Positions 11,377-25,229 of a stretch of 64,000 bases of DNA are shown here, piece after piece. Every line of letters starts with the position of its first letter. Within the stretch, counting starts at the first letter, position 1. The stretch covers positions 237,956,001 to 238,020,000 of the forward strand of contig NC_086098.1 in NCBI RefSeq assembly GCF_963921235.1. Direction: 5' to 3'. A program made the translations under genes and the position numbers. The notes beneath the pieces were generated by a model. The model worked only from the letters and a program-made list of their open reading frames with translations, was not told where the DNA came from and did not search any database. The DNA comes from Mobula hypostoma (lineage: Eukaryota).

Positions 11377-13229
11377 GTGGGCGGCACCAGGAAAAGAACG
11401 TGGGCGGAGATTGACTTGCTGAACTTCGGAAACTTTGAATGGCAACTCTGCTGATTTTTAAAACCTTAAGCTCTAATTTCAAGATTGTTTCATCTTCAGT
11501 TGTATCACATATCCAGGCCTGTAGAACTTTGGAGAATACTCAAACTAAACTTATTTTAGATATTACTTCGGTTGCTTCCCTCTGGAACAGTAGGTGTGGG
11601 TGGAGGTGGCACTCGGCCCCTCGTCTCTGCTCAGAATGGCTAAGGAGAACAAAGCTTTTCAAGGTCACATCAAATTTCTAGAAGGTCTCTATGCCATCCC
11701 AAAATTACCTCGACAATACATTGGTTCCTATCTGAGAATATATCATTCCTACAGAAAGCATGTCGCTACACTGCTTATGAGAGAATAAAGTTTGTCACTA
11801 AATTGCGGAATTCTGAACTGACAAGTATTTTTCTCTGTAGTAGCTAAAGCGGGCCTCGGCAGAATTTCATTTAACGTCAGAAATTGGGGTAAGTCATTGT
11901 GCAAAGAAGTTGCAGTGGAACGCAATCAACGCAGCAAGGTGTCAGGAGTGCTCCTCTTGGCAGTGAGTCTTCCGGGTAACATTAGATGGGATTTAGGGAT
12001 GTTCAGAAATAATTGCACCGGTGATGCAAACGGATGCAGATGCTGCAATCTGGAGCAACTCAGAAAGAACTGGAAGGACTGAAATGGTCAGGCAGCATCT
12101 ATGCAGAGAAACAGACAGTCGCCGTTAACGTCCGAAAACGTTCATCTGAAACCCCATTCATGTAATTTTCCGACAATGAGATATTGAGGCACGCAACAAG
12201 ACTCCGAAAATAGTCATACGAGGCTGGAAGGAGCAAACTTCAGTCTGACTACATTAGTTCCAGCAATGGACCTTGTCAACTTGAAAGGATCTGACCACCA
12301 GCCCGTAACGTTCTATGACCTTACTTCGCCATCAAAATCCGGGGAGGACCACTGAGCAGAAAGCACTGGATTTATTAAATTGAGGCTTATAAATTAGTCA
12401 ATGGTCACAGGCTTGGAATTATAAAATTCAAAGTTCAAAATAAATTTACTGTCAAAGTGCGGTAAGTCATCATACACAACCCTGACTTGCATTGACTTGC
12501 GGGCATTCAAAGTACATATAAAGGAAACAATAGAAGCAATGAAAACCTAAGCACTAAGAACAACAAGCCGCCCATATGCCAAATAAGTCAAACTGTGCAA
12601 ATACAAAGAAACAAATAAATACATACAAACATGTATAGGTGCATACATAAACATTATGTTGCCTTACATAAACATTCACTTCCCACTTTATGTCAACTGG
12701 TCGATCTTCAGGCCATGCCACTCAGGCACTTGTGCTAATATCTACTTTCTGACTGCATGTTTTGGATCGTTACTGTATCTAATGTGTGTGGCTTTATCTA
12801 CTGTGTTTTTCACCTTGGCCTCAGAGGAAAGGTGTTTCGTTTGTGTACATGTGTATAGTTAATGGGCAATAAACGTCAACATGAACTTGCACACATGACT
12901 TCACCCTTTCGCCATTGAAAGAGACTCCAATTTAGAACATTTTTCTACACATGACCTCACGTTTTCCACATTTTATTCGGTATTTCGTATCCCTGTCTGT
13001 TTTGCTCTGTGAATATCAACTCAGTCATTCTGCTCTGTCCTGTTAATCCTGATAACCAACAAACATGGCAATATTACACTTTGTTCCCTTGTCCAGTTGT
13101 TTGGATGTACACTGTGAACAGCTGCATTTCCTTTCAAAGCGAACTCTTGAGAATCACTTCATAGGCGGCCTGCTGATAATCAACATGCACCATGTCCGCT
13201 GATTGCGAATCGATCCATTCCGTAAGTTA

Positions 13230-15560
13230 TGACACGATTACCAAGAGATCACCAAGAGATTTGCCGATCACGTTTTCTAACCCTGTTTCACGGGTAATCT
13301 GCAGGCACTTCCTTAATGACAGGAGAGCGAGGATATAATTGATCAAATCTACAGGGAAACAGTCACCTCGAAGTTACAGGAGGAGAGTAGCTGCGTGACT
13401 GTCAGGAGAAATGGAAATCGGCAGTTCGAGCAGAGTACCACCGTGGCCATTCCTCTCAAAAAAAGAACAAGTATACCGCTTTGGATACTTTTGTGGAGGG
13501 TGGCCACCTGACAGAATCCCACGGCGACCGGGTTGCAGGCATTTCACATGGGTCCGTGGTGCAGAAGGGAAAGACAGAGAAGGAGCGGTAGTGATAGGGA
13601 ACTCAATAGAGAGAGGAACAGGGAGAGAAGCAATAACGTGTGTTTCTGGGGGAAATGAGGAAGGTGCAGGACATTTGTATTCCAAAAATGAAGAAATACT
13701 CAAATGATAAAATAGTGTAACCATGGCTGACAAGGAAAGTCAAAGCTATTGTAAAAACAAAAGAAAGGGCATACAGCAGTGCAAAATATCGTGGGAAGAT
13801 AAAGGATTGGGAAGTTTTAAAAACCCTACAGAGATCAACGAAAAAAATTATTAGAAGGGGAAAGATGAGATATGAAAGCAAGCTGGTAAATAATATCGAA
13901 GTAGATAGTAAAAGTCTTTTTTCAAGTATGTTAAAAATAAAAGGGAAATGAGAGTGGATGTAGGACTGCTAGAAAATGAGGCAGGAGAAATCTTAATGGG
14001 AAACAAGGAGATGGCTGATGATCTAAATGAATATTTTGCGCCAATTTTCACTGTGGAAGACACAAGCAGTGTGCGTGATGTTGTAGAGTGTGAAGGAAGA
14101 CAGTGGTGCTAAATGTACGTAAGTCACCCGAACCAAAGGAATTGCACCCTTGTGTTCTGAAAGAGGTAGCGTTAGAGACTGTGGGAGCATGAAATATGAT
14201 CTTTCAGAAATATTTGGACTCTGGCATGGTACCAGACGAGTGTTAAATTTCAAATCTTACTCCACTCATTAGGAAAGGAGGAAGGCAGCAGAAAGGAAAT
14301 TATAGATTAGTTAGCCTGACGTCAGTGTTTGGGAAGATGTCAGAGTCAATTGTTAAGGATGAGGTGGTGGACTACTTGGTGACACAGGACAACATAGGAC
14401 GAAATCAATATCCTTTCCTTCAGGGAAAATCCTGCCTGACGATCCTGTTGGAATTCTTTGAGATTGGCGGTAGGATAAAGGGGATGCAGTGGATGTTGTA
14501 TATTTGGACTTTCAGAACTCCGTTGACAAGGTGCCACACAGGAGGCAGCTTACTAAGTTAACACCCAGTGGTATTACAGGAAAGTTATTAACATGGTTAG
14601 AGCATTGGCTGATTGGTAGCAGGCACCGAGTAGGAATAAAATAATCCTTTTCTGGTTGGCTGCCAGTGGCTAGTGGTGTTCCGCAGGGGTCGGTGTTGGG
14701 ACCACTTTGTTTTATGCTGTATATAAATGATTTAGTTGATGGAATAGATGGCTTTGTTGCCAAGTTTGCAGATGATAAGACGATTGGTGTAGGGACAGGT
14801 AGTGTTGAGCACAGGACTTATTCAGGTTAGCAGAATGGGCAAGAAGGTGGCAAATGAAATACAATGTTGGAAAATGCATGGTCATGCTCTTTGGGTACTA
14901 GAAATAAACGTGCGGCATATTTTCCAAACGGGGAGAAAATCAAAGTATCTGAGATGCAGAGGGACCTGAAAGTCCTTGAGCAGAACATTCTGAAGATTAC
15001 TTTCAGTTTGAGTCGGTGATTAGGAAGGCAAGTGCTACGTTGGCATTTATTTCAGGCGGTGTAGAATACAAGAGCACGGGCCCTTCATCTCAGAAAGGAT
15101 TTGCTGTCATTGGAGACGATCCATAGGAGGTTCACAATGATGATTCCAGGAATGAAAGGGTTATCATTCGTGGAAGGTTTAATGGCTCTGGGTCTGTACT
15201 CGCTGGAATTCAGAAGGATGGGGGGGGGGGGGATTTCATTGAACCCTTTCGATGTTGGAAGGCCCAGAGATAGTGGAAAGGATGTGTCCCATTGTGGGAG
15301 GATCTAAGACAAATGGGCACAGCCTCAGAATAGAGGGACGCCCTTTCAAAACAGAGATGCGGAGAAATTTCTTTCGACAAAGGGTGTTGAATTTGTGTAA
15401 TTGCATTCCATATGCAGCTGTTGAGGCCGGGTCGTTGGGTGTATTTAAGGCAGAGACTGACAGGTTTTTTATTGGGGTTGAGGAGGAGATTTTAAAAAGG
15501 ATCAGCCATGATTGAATGCAGGGGCGAACACGACAGGCCAGATGGCCTAATTCTGCTCCT
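13230..15560 (+). mobile_element. Decayed, internally deleted CR1 LINE (ORF1 remnant to 3' end)
   Basis: AVVIGNSIERG, ESIVKDEV..FLQGKSCLT..LEFFE, GVPQGSVLGP, RRFTMMIPGMKGL, RNFFRQRVLNL pieces with many stops and frameshifts. Confidence 0.8.
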
Positions 15561-15611
15561 GTGTCTGCTCCTGTGATTTATCCATCCCTCCATAACTACG
15601 ATCCTAAAAAC

Positions 15612-15759
15612 NNNNNNNNNNNNNNNNNNNNNNNNNNNNNNNNNNNNNNNNNNNNNNNNNNNNNNNNNNNNNNNNNNNNNNNNNNNNNNNNNNNNNNNNN
15701 NNNNNNNNNNNNNNNNNNNNNNNNNNNNNNNNNNNNNNNNNNNNNNNNNNNNNNNNNNN
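15612..15759. other. Assembly gap (148 N)
   Basis: Run of N. Confidence 0.99.
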
Positions 15760-18367
15760 TGACGGGACTAACCATATTCATAGTTTGGAACAGACTAGAT
15801 GGACCGAAAGGCGTGATTCGGTGTTGTGGTGCTCTATTACTTTATGACATTCCATGTTTATTTTAATCGGGTCCTCAGCACTCTGGGGCACAAACAACAA
15901 ATTTCACGACCTATGGCAGTGATATTATACCTGATTCTGTTGCTGATCATCACTCAACGAAGGATGTTATCAACAGTGAGTCACGTGTGGGACATCAAAT
16001 CTCCGTTCTCTTGTCCATGATTTAGTTCATCACCACCAAGCCTTCATTCTGCAACCATCTTAGGATACTGTGCAATAGATGAGAAGAAATTTCATCGAAT
16101 TAAAAGTTCGACCTATGTGAGACGATAACAACGTTTATCTAATAACGCCACTGTGAAACATTGGCCTTTGTTATTTGTGAAATGTTATCCTGCGGTTTGG
16201 GTTGCGTAAGTCTTGTTCTATTGATTACCTCTTGTTAGATAATTGGAAATGGTGATTAAAGTATGACCACGTGTCGTTCATAATCTGGGATATGGTAATT
16301 CTCCCTCAACCCCGTCCTGACCGTAGGACACTGATCAGTCCAGTTAACTTCTCCCTCATTCACTCAGGGGCTTTCAATTTTCTCTCCCAGGGCCCCATGA
16401 TTTTTTTAGTCGCTGACCAGAGTCGGGGATGGGACGGATAGATGGATAGGGTCGGACTGTCTGTGTTGTGAGCGGCACTGATGCAGCTGCGGACCGCGTC
16501 ATCTCCCCACGGGACCGGGACGGGGTTTGCACAGCCTTTATTTAGTGACAGTTACACAAATTGCTGCTGTTTCTGTCCTGTTTGTGAACTGGTGCAGGTG
16601 GCGCGGTCACGAGGTCCCGGGAAGTTAGGGGCGTTGATGAGATACGACAGAAATTTTAAATTCTCACAATCTGAGAAACTGCAATGGTAAGAACAGACTC
16701 ATTCTGAAACTAATTCTTAAAAATATAAGCTTACACAATTGTAATTATTTCTGACAAGCGATGAATGGAGGGACAGAGGGACAGGGAAAGAGAGAGGTAG
16801 AATGAGTTATGGGAAACAGAAGGGACAGAGGGTGAGACGCTGAGAGCGGCGAGATGGGAGAGGAGGATGGGGTGAAAGGAAAAGCACTGGCAAGTGAGGC
16901 AGAATGAGTAAGATAGGAATGTGAGCGGAGAGACTGTGTGAGAGATGGGGCGAGACAGAGATGAGAGAGACGGAAGGAAGGGATAGAGGGACAGATAGGC
17001 AGAGAAAGGGGGAGAGAGGGAAGGGAGAGGGGGAGAGCGCTAAGAGCAAGGGGAACGTGTCTGTGTGTGTGAGTGAGAGAGAAATAGGAGGGTGCAGGAG
17101 ATGATGATTCAGCCCTGTGTCTGATAAATGTATAGCTTTGGGAGGGGGAACAGAAAACTCACTTCAGGAACATAAGGGTTTGAGAAGAGCCCGGAGGGTG
17201 ACCATTGGCTCGATATCTCTCTCCATCTCTGAATCAACCCGCAGCATAATATAACCATATAACCATTACAGCGCGGAAGCAGGCCCTCTCGTCCCTTCTA
17301 GTCCGTGCCGAACTCTGTCCAACCTACCTGCACTCAGCCCATAACCCTGCATTCCTTTCCTGTCCATATAGCTGTCCAAGTTAACTTTAAACGACAACAT
17401 CGAAACTGCCTCAACCACTTCTGCTGGAAGCTCGTTTCACACAGTTACCACTCTCTGAGTAAAGAAGTTCCCCCTCAAGTTACCCCTAAACTTTTGTCCT
17501 GTAATTCTCAACCCATGTCCTCTTGTTTGAATCTCCCCCACTCTCAACTGAAAAAGCCAATCAACGTTAACTCTATCTATCCTCCTCATAATTTTAAATA
17601 CCTCTATCAAATCCCCTCAATCTTCTACGTTCCAAAGAATAAATACCCAACTTGTTCAACCTTTCTCAGGTGATGAAACCCGGGTAACATTTATAGACAT
17701 CTTTCCTGTAATCCGGTGACCAAAACTGTGCACAATACTCCGAATTTGGCCTCACCAATGCCCTGTACAATTTCAACATTACATCCCAACTCCTATACTC
17801 AATGCTCTGATTTATAAAGGCCCGCATACCAAAAGCTTTCTACACCACTCTATCCACATGAGATTCCACCTTCAGGGAAGTATGTACCATTATTCCTAGA
17901 TCCCTCTGTTCTACTGCATTCTTCAATGCCCTACCATTTACCATGTATGTCCTATTTTGATTAGTCCTACCAAAATGTAGCACCTCACATTTATCAGCAT
18001 TAAACTCCATCTGCCGTCTTTCAGCCCACTCTTCTAACTGGCCTAAGTCTCTCTGCAAGCTTTGAAAACCTACTACATTATCCACAACTCCACCCATCTT
18101 CGTATCATCTGCATACTTACTCATCCAATTTACCTCCCCATCATCCAGATCATTAATGTATATGACAAATAACATTGGACCCAGTACAGATCCCTGAGGC
18201 ACACCACTAGTTACTGGCCTCCAATCTGACAAACAGTTATCCACCCTCACTCTCTGGCGTCTCCCATCCAGCGACTGCTGAATCCATTTTACTACTTCAA
18301 TATTAATACCTAAAGATTGAACCTTCCTAAACAACCTTCCATGTGGGACCTTGTCAAAGGCCTTACT

Positions 18368-19744
18368 TCTCATGGACCGGTCCGTGAGGTCCGGATTCCG
18401 GTTCACAGGCCGGTCCGTGGACTCAGGACACCAGGTCTTCCAGCTGTCACTTGTTTTGGTTGAGTTAATCATAGGTACCTGATTCCCATCTTGGGGCTTG
18501 GAATATAAGTAGCCTTGGGGACGATTGGGGGCTGCTGGTTTGTCTTGTCTAGATTCGCTGGGAGCAACCTGCCGGTGGATAGCTACAGTGACCACTTGCC
18601 ATCTTTAGGCCGCGTTAGAGAACCATCGCTTCATGGAACCTTGCTGTCGGTAGTCGGAGCCATCTTTGGGATATGGATTCGGCCGTTTGCCGGGCCAACT
18701 GAGTGGCCGTCAGCCACTTCGATCTAGGTAGGGATCCAGCTGTTTCCATACCCAACCTAGGTTGTTGGCCGTAACTGTGACTTGGAGCTACCCCGATGCA
18801 GAGATGGGACTGTCCGTCGTTCTTTGGTGTTTGTCTCTTCTTGTTTTCGCCTCCATGGAGTGAGTCAGGCCCTGGTGCCTTTGCCCTCCGGGCGTTCTGT
18901 CTTGTCTTCTCCTCGCCTTCGTGGCTAAGTCAGGCAGTTCTGCGGTGCCCTGCGGGAAAAACTGTCTTGTCTTGTCTTTGCGTCTGTTGGGTAAGTCCGG
19001 CCATTCTGCCGTTCCCCAACGGAGGGACCTGTCCCACCTTGGCGTGGAGATGAAGTTGAGTCCCGGCTTGTCGAAGGATAAGTCCCTGCTCTATGTCTAT
19101 GTTCTGTCCAGTCTCATGTTGCTGTCATATCAAAGATGAGTTCCGGCTTTTCGAAGGATAAGTCCCGGCTCTATGTTTATGTACAGTTCCCAGTCTGTCT
19201 CCGAGTTCCAGCCTCCGAGTTATCAGCCCTAGCATCTCAAGACCCAGGTCCCAACCCGTCTCCCAGCTCAATCCTCAAGATTCCAGCCTGTCCCCCAGCT
19301 CAAGCCACAAGACCCCAGCCTGTCTCCCAGCTCAAGCCTCAAGACCCCAGTCTGTCTCCCAGCTCAAACCTCAAGACCCCAGAATGTCTCCCAGCTCAAG
19401 CCTCAGGACCCCAGCCTGTCTCCCATCTCAAGGCTCTAGACCCCAGCTACGTCCTGTCCTATAGTCATGTCCTATCTCTGCCTGGTTCTGGGGACCAAGC
19501 CGAGGCAAGACCCAGGTTACGGGTCCGTGTCCAGTCTCTGGCTCGGAGCCCGAGCCCAGGCTCCTAGTGCATAGTTCCTTCTCTGGGTTCCCTGTGTTGT
19601 CCATGTCCTAGCCCAAGACTGCTTTCTTGTTCCTGCTCCTTGCCTGTATCCTGTCACGTCCCTACTCTAATCAAGTCCTGTTCCGTGTACTTCAGTGTCT
19701 GTGTCTTGCATTTGGGTCCGACATCAACGCCTCCCTTTGTGACA
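18368..19744 (+). mobile_element. Solo LTR (Gypsy-like) inserted in CR1 RT
   Basis: Splits the CR1 KAFDKVPH/MDF region. Ends T(C/G)TCA...TGTGACA; 5-bp TSD TTACT (left) / TTTCT (right); TGCATTTGGGTCC near the 3' end. Paralog at 57290-58797. Confidence 0.75.
19248..19447 (+). repeat. 32-bp minisatellite, ~6 copies, inside the solo LTR
   Basis: Unit ACCCCAGCCTGTCTCCCAGCTCAAGCCTCAAG at a 32-nt period. Confidence 0.9.
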
Positions 19745-22700
19745 TTTCTGAAGTCCATATAGACAACATCCACCGCTTTACACTCGTCAACTTTCCTAGT
19801 AACCTCTTCAAAAAATTCAATAAGATTTGTCAAACATGACCTTCCACGTAGAAATCCATGTTGACTGTTCCTAATCAGAACCTCTCTATCCAGATGATTA
19901 TATATATCATCTCTAAGAATACTTTCGATCAATTTACCCACCACTGACGTCAAACTCACAGGCCTATAATTGTTAGGTTTAGTCTTAGAACCCATTTAAA
20001 AGAATTGAACAACATGAGAGATACGCCAATCCTCCGGCACCATCACCGTTTCTAATGACATTTGAAATAATTCTGTCAGAGGCCCTGCTAATTCCACACT
20101 AACTTCCCTCAAGATGCTAGAGAATATCCTGTCAGGACCCAGAGACTTGTCCGCCTTTATATTCCTTAAAAGCTCCAGTATTTCCTCTTCTTTAATCATC
20201 ACAGTTTCCATAACTTCCCTACCTGTTTCCCTTATCTTACACAATTCAATATCCTTCTCCTTGGTGAATACCGAAGAAAAGAAATTGTACAGAATCTCCC
20301 CTATCTCTTTTGTCTCTACACATAGCCGTCCACTCTGATTCTCTAAGGGACCAATTTTATCTCTCACTGTGCATTTGCTGTTAATGTAACGGTAGAAAAC
20401 CTTGGGATTTATTTTCACCTTGCTTGCAAAATCAACTTCATATCTTCTTTTAACTTTTCTAATGTCTTTCTTAAGATTCTTTTTACATTCTTTATATTCT
20501 TCGGGCACCGCATTTACACCATGCTGACCATATTTATTTTAGATATCTCTCTTTTTCCGAACCAAGTTTACAATATCCCTTGAAAGCCATACCTCTCTCA
20601 AAATTTTAACCTTTTCTTTCAACCGAACAGGAACATAAAGATTCTGTACTCTCAAAATTTGACCTTTAAATGACCTCCATTTCTCTATTACATTCTTCCC
20701 ATGAAACAAATTGTCCCAATCCACTCCTTCTAAATCTTTTCGCATCTCCTCAAAGTTAGCCTTTCTCCAATCAATAATCTCAACACGGAGTCCAGACCTA
20801 TCCTTCTCCATAATTATATTGAAGCTAATAGCATTGCGGTCACTGGAACCGAAGTGCTTCCCAACACAAACCTTCGTCATCTGACCTATATCATTCCCTA
20901 ACAGGAGATCCTACACTGCCCCTTCTCTAGTTGGTACCTCTATGTATTGCTGCAAAAAACTATACTGCACACATTTCACAAACTACAAACCATCCAGCCA
21001 TTATACAGTATGGCCTTCCCTGTCTATGTGTGGAAAATTAAAATCTCCCACAATCACAACCTTGTGCTTACTACAAATATCTGCTATTTCCTTACAAATT
21101 TGCTCCTCCAATTCTCGCTCCCCATTTGATGGTCTATAATACACCCCCGTAAGAGTTACTACACCTTTCTCATTCCTGAATTCCACCCAAATAGCCTCTC
21201 TAGACGAGCCCTCTAATCTATCCTACCAGAGCACAGCTGTAATATTTTCCCTGCCAGGGAATGCTACACCTCCCCCTCTTGTTCCTTCGATTCTATCACA
21301 CCTGAAGCAATGAAATCCAGGAATATTTAGTTGCCAAACACACCCCTCCTGTAACCATGTTTCACTAATAGCTACCACATCATACTTCCAGGTATCAATC
21401 CATGCTTTAAGCTCATCCACCTTTCTTATAATGCTCCTAGTATTAAAATAAATATATTTAAGAAAATTTCCAACTCTTACACTCAGTTTATCACTAATTG
21501 TGCAAATTGTGCACAACTTTACTATTTTCTTTTTCTTCCTTCTTCCCTACATCTGTTCCTACGCTCTGGTTCCCTACCCCCTCGTATCTAGTTTAAATCC
21601 ACCGGAGCCTCTCTAGCAAACCTACCTGCAAGAATATTTGTCCCCCTCCAGTTCAGATGTAGACCATCCCGCCGGAACAGTTCCCACCTTCCCTGAAAAA
21701 CTGCCCAGTTATTTATAAATCTGAAGCCCTCCCTCCAGCTCCATGTCTTCAGCCACGTGTTGATCTACGCTATCTTACAATTTCTAAACCCGCCTGCAAC
21801 TGGCACCGGTAGCAATCCTGAGATTGCTATCCTGGTGGTCCTGGAGGTCCTGTCCTTTAACTTGGCTCCTAACTCAATAAACTCACCTTTCAGGACCTCC
21901 TCACTCTTCCTGCCCACGTCATTGGTCCCACGACATCCGGCTGCTCACCCTCCCTCTTGAGAATACCGAGAACTCGATCCGAGATATCGCGGACCTTGGT
22001 ACCAGGGAGACAACATACCATCCGAGATTCTCGATCTCTTCCACAGAACATCTTATCTGTCCCCCTTACTATCGAATCCCCTATTACTACTGCTCTCCTC
22101 TTCACTCTCCTTCCCTTCTGAATTGAGGGTCCCATCTCGGTGCCACAGATGTAACCACTGCAACTTGTCCCTAGTAGGTCGTACCTATCAACAGTATCCA
22201 AAACGATGTGCTCCGATGGATTATTGGTGGGAACGGCCACAGGGGTGCTCTGCTCATTCTGTGTATTCCCCCTCCCTCTCTTGACAGTCACCCAGCAACC
22301 TGCCTCCTGACTCCTAGGGATGACTACCTCCCTGTAACTCCTCTCTGTTTCTTCCTTTGCCTCCCGAATGATCTGAAGTTCATCTAGCTTCAGCTCCAGT
22401 TGCTTAACTCGGTTTATCAGGAGCTGCAGCTGGATGCACCTTTCGCAGGTGTAGTTATTAGGGACGTTTGTGCTCGCCCTGACTTCCCACATCCTGCAAA
22501 CGGATCTGAGGAAACCGATAAATATTTCAATACCGGACACACAGGGGAATATATAAGATCTCGCATGGACCTCGGACACCTACTTCGCTGTTATCCAAGA
22601 TCTGAAATGGTCATAACCCCAGTACTGCCCAGCCGATACTCGCAGCGCTGAATCACGTTGAATCACATCTATCCATCCCAACCTGGAGTATGGTCGGCGA

Positions 22701-23739
22701 CTAAAAATGCACGGGGCATTTGAAGAGAAAATTGACCGGTCCTGACTGAATTGAGTTACGTCATCGTTGTTCATCCTATTCCCCCATCACCAATCCAGAG
22801 GAAAGAGATTTTTTGCGTCCTCTTTGTAATCGACTCATTATCCTGTCTTTCGGTGTATTCACTTTCCAGTTCCCTAAACTTCTTTGGTTTCCCTTTTACA
22901 GCTGTCATTACGGGTCAGAGAGCATGACCAGCCTGGGGCCATTCGATCCGAAGACACACCTGTTTCCTGTACTGAACAATTGTCATCCAACCAAAATGTC
23001 CCGCCCTCAAACTCCTTGGAAAAAGCCAATAATATTTCCCTCAAAGTTTATTGCACTTGGATGTTATTAACCTGCGAAGGATATAATTGATCCTTAGTTT
23101 TATTTGTTGTTATTAACTTCAAACATATTTTCTCCTTACATGTCAGTCCCTACAATAAATAATATTTATTATTATAAATATTCGGAGTCCTCGGAGTCGT
23201 TCTTCTTGAACTTCACTGACAACCAACTATGACACTAATTCTCTATCCCCGACAGCCGCGACATTTAGACGTACAGAGTTATACAGCACAGGAATAGGCC
23301 TTTCTGCCGAACCTGTCCATGCCGGCCAAGTTGCCTAACTCCGCTCATCCCATTTGTATGCGTTTGAATAATGTCACCATAAAATTTTAATATCCGTCTA
23401 ACTGCCCCGATGTCTTTTAAACTGCACAATTTTACTTCCCCTTACCGCTACCTCTGGCAGATTGTTGAACATATCTACCACTGGTCTTCAGATCTAAGTC
23501 TCCATGTAGGTCGTGCAATCTTTGTTTCCCTTGGGGAGAGGACTGACTCAAAGCCATGATCTTATCTGGCTGAATAGTGCCACACCAGCAATCTCTCACT
23601 GAGTGTCAGCAAAACCAAAGAACAGTTTATTGACTACAGGGGGAGAAAATCGGAGATCCTTCAGCCAGACCTCACCAGGAGATCAGAGAGGTTATCATTT
23701 CTGTCCAGGGTCCAGCCCACAACCGCCATTACAAAGAAG

Positions 23740-24430
23740 TAACTGCAGGGCCCCCAACTTTCTTCGAAGTTTACAAAGCTTTGGCATGATATCTAAAACT
23801 TTTACAAACGTCTATAGATGCACGATTGATCTATATTGACGGCTTGTATCGCTCCCTGCTGTGGTAACACCAGTAGCCTTGAACGGAAAGACCTAAAACA
23901 GTAGTGGATAAAGCCGAGTCTATCACAGGTAAAGCCCTCCCCAATGTTAAGCACACCTAAAGCGGAGCAGTCGCATGAAAGCATCAACCATCCTCAAGGA
24001 CCCCCTCCCCCACCAACCCCACCATGCAAGCCTTGGTCTCTTCACGTTGCTGTCATGAGAAGGATGTACATGAGCCTAAGGTCCCATAACACTATGAACA
24101 GTTATGGGATAGTTATCACCCTCTACTATCAGACTCTTGAATCAGAGAGATCAACTTCACTCAACTTCATTCATAACAACAAAGAACTGATTCCACCATC
24201 TATGGACACGTTCCAGAGGTCTTTAACTCATGTTCTTTATCTTTATTGCTATTTTATTTATTATTATTTTGGGTATTTGCACTTTGGCTCATTGTCCCTC
24301 TTTATTGTCTGCCGTTGTTCATTGATTCATTTGTGCGTCTTTGTATTTACTCTGAATGTTCACAAGAAAATGAATCCCGTAGGAGTATATGATGACATGT
24401 ATAACCTTCGATGCCAAATTTACTTTTCCT
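23740..24430 (+). mobile_element. Rex1/Babar LINE 3' fragment and tail, decayed
   Basis: Decayed GMxSKTxTNFYRCT / IKDPxHP / LFSxLPSGRRY-type sequence followed by an AT-rich tail. Confidence 0.65.
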
Positions 24431-24439
24431 TAGAGACAT

Positions 24440-25190
24440 AGAAGGAGACGTCAAGCTCTCTGAAGTTTAGGGAAATGGGAGGCAATCACAGTGCACATTA
24501 CTGAATTGAAAGCAAAAGGGATGCAAAGTCTGCCTCCTCTGTTGAGTTAAGGGTGGTGGTGTGGGGGTTCAGCGATGCTGGACAGGGTGAGAAAATTTGA
24601 TATCACCCTGTTCAGTCAGGAACTGACAGCTGATGAAATTCACTCTCTAATAGCCTCGCCAGATTCCAGGCTGGAATTGATATATGTATGGACATAACGT
24701 GATTCAGCATCATACATTTTGCCACTGGCGTCCTTCGGTCTCTCTGTTCTACAACACTCCCCAGTTTCTTGCAAATTGACGCGGAAGTTATTGCAGCTTA
24801 TCATCCCAAACTGCAAGATGCCAAGTATGCCAACTACTTTCGCATCCAAATGTTTATTATAGCCGATCAATCGTGGAGTCAGCACATGTCGCTGTTTTAC
24901 ACCATTGATAGCAGTCCTCCAGTGTGTAAAAGATAACTTCACCACCGCTCTCAATCCAATGCCACGAAAATATTTTTAGGTAATTGGCTCGCTCATCCCG
25001 TGCCTTATGTTTTCCAAGCTTCCGAACCAGCTTACCATGAGGATCCTGGACAAAGATCTTGCTAATCTTCACGTAAACACCAAGAGGTTCATTCACAAAA
25101 TCCGAATTTACCAAAAGGGCCATACTCTGGACTGGTGCCATCCTTCACTTCGACACATTCCTTCAGCCATTCATTGACTGTTTATTTCTT
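24440..25190 (-). mobile_element. Heavily decayed CR1 RT fragment
   Basis: SKIFVQDPHGKLVRKL..ANYLKIFSWHW resembles the CR1 KAFDKVPHGRLVQK..WIQNWL region. Confidence 0.55.
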
Positions 25191-25229
25191 TCCTGCTTGA
25201 AGGATTATCACACTTTCTCGTCTTCTACT

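Larger units (their letters stand above)
17249..22500 (-). mobile_element. Near full-length decayed CR1 LINE (ORF1 Zn-finger/esterase; ORF2 APE + RT), interrupted by a solo LTR
   Basis: ORF1 CRMW..YTCERCIQLQLL..GDSIVRGTD; APE YFNTRSI..YDVVAISETWL; RT NYRPVSLTS, KAFDKVPH, GVPQGSVLGP, YADDTK; (ATATAACC)n tail at 17249. Confidence 0.9.

Noticed and set aside
12020-12150. Possible further hammerhead in a decayed pLTR-like remnant (also ~47780-47910)
   Set aside because: Core and stems too degraded to support.
16760-17100. GA-rich strand-asymmetric tract (also 55630-55980) as a possible switch-like region
   Set aside because: No AGCT/GAGCT pentamer repeats, upstream of a light-chain V, and poorly conserved between units: low-complexity sequence.
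22813-23070. ORF open in both units (also 61777-62049), with a splice-acceptor-like tract at ~22900
   Set aside because: No recognisable domain, different starts and stops, and the AG is mutated to AA in unit B.
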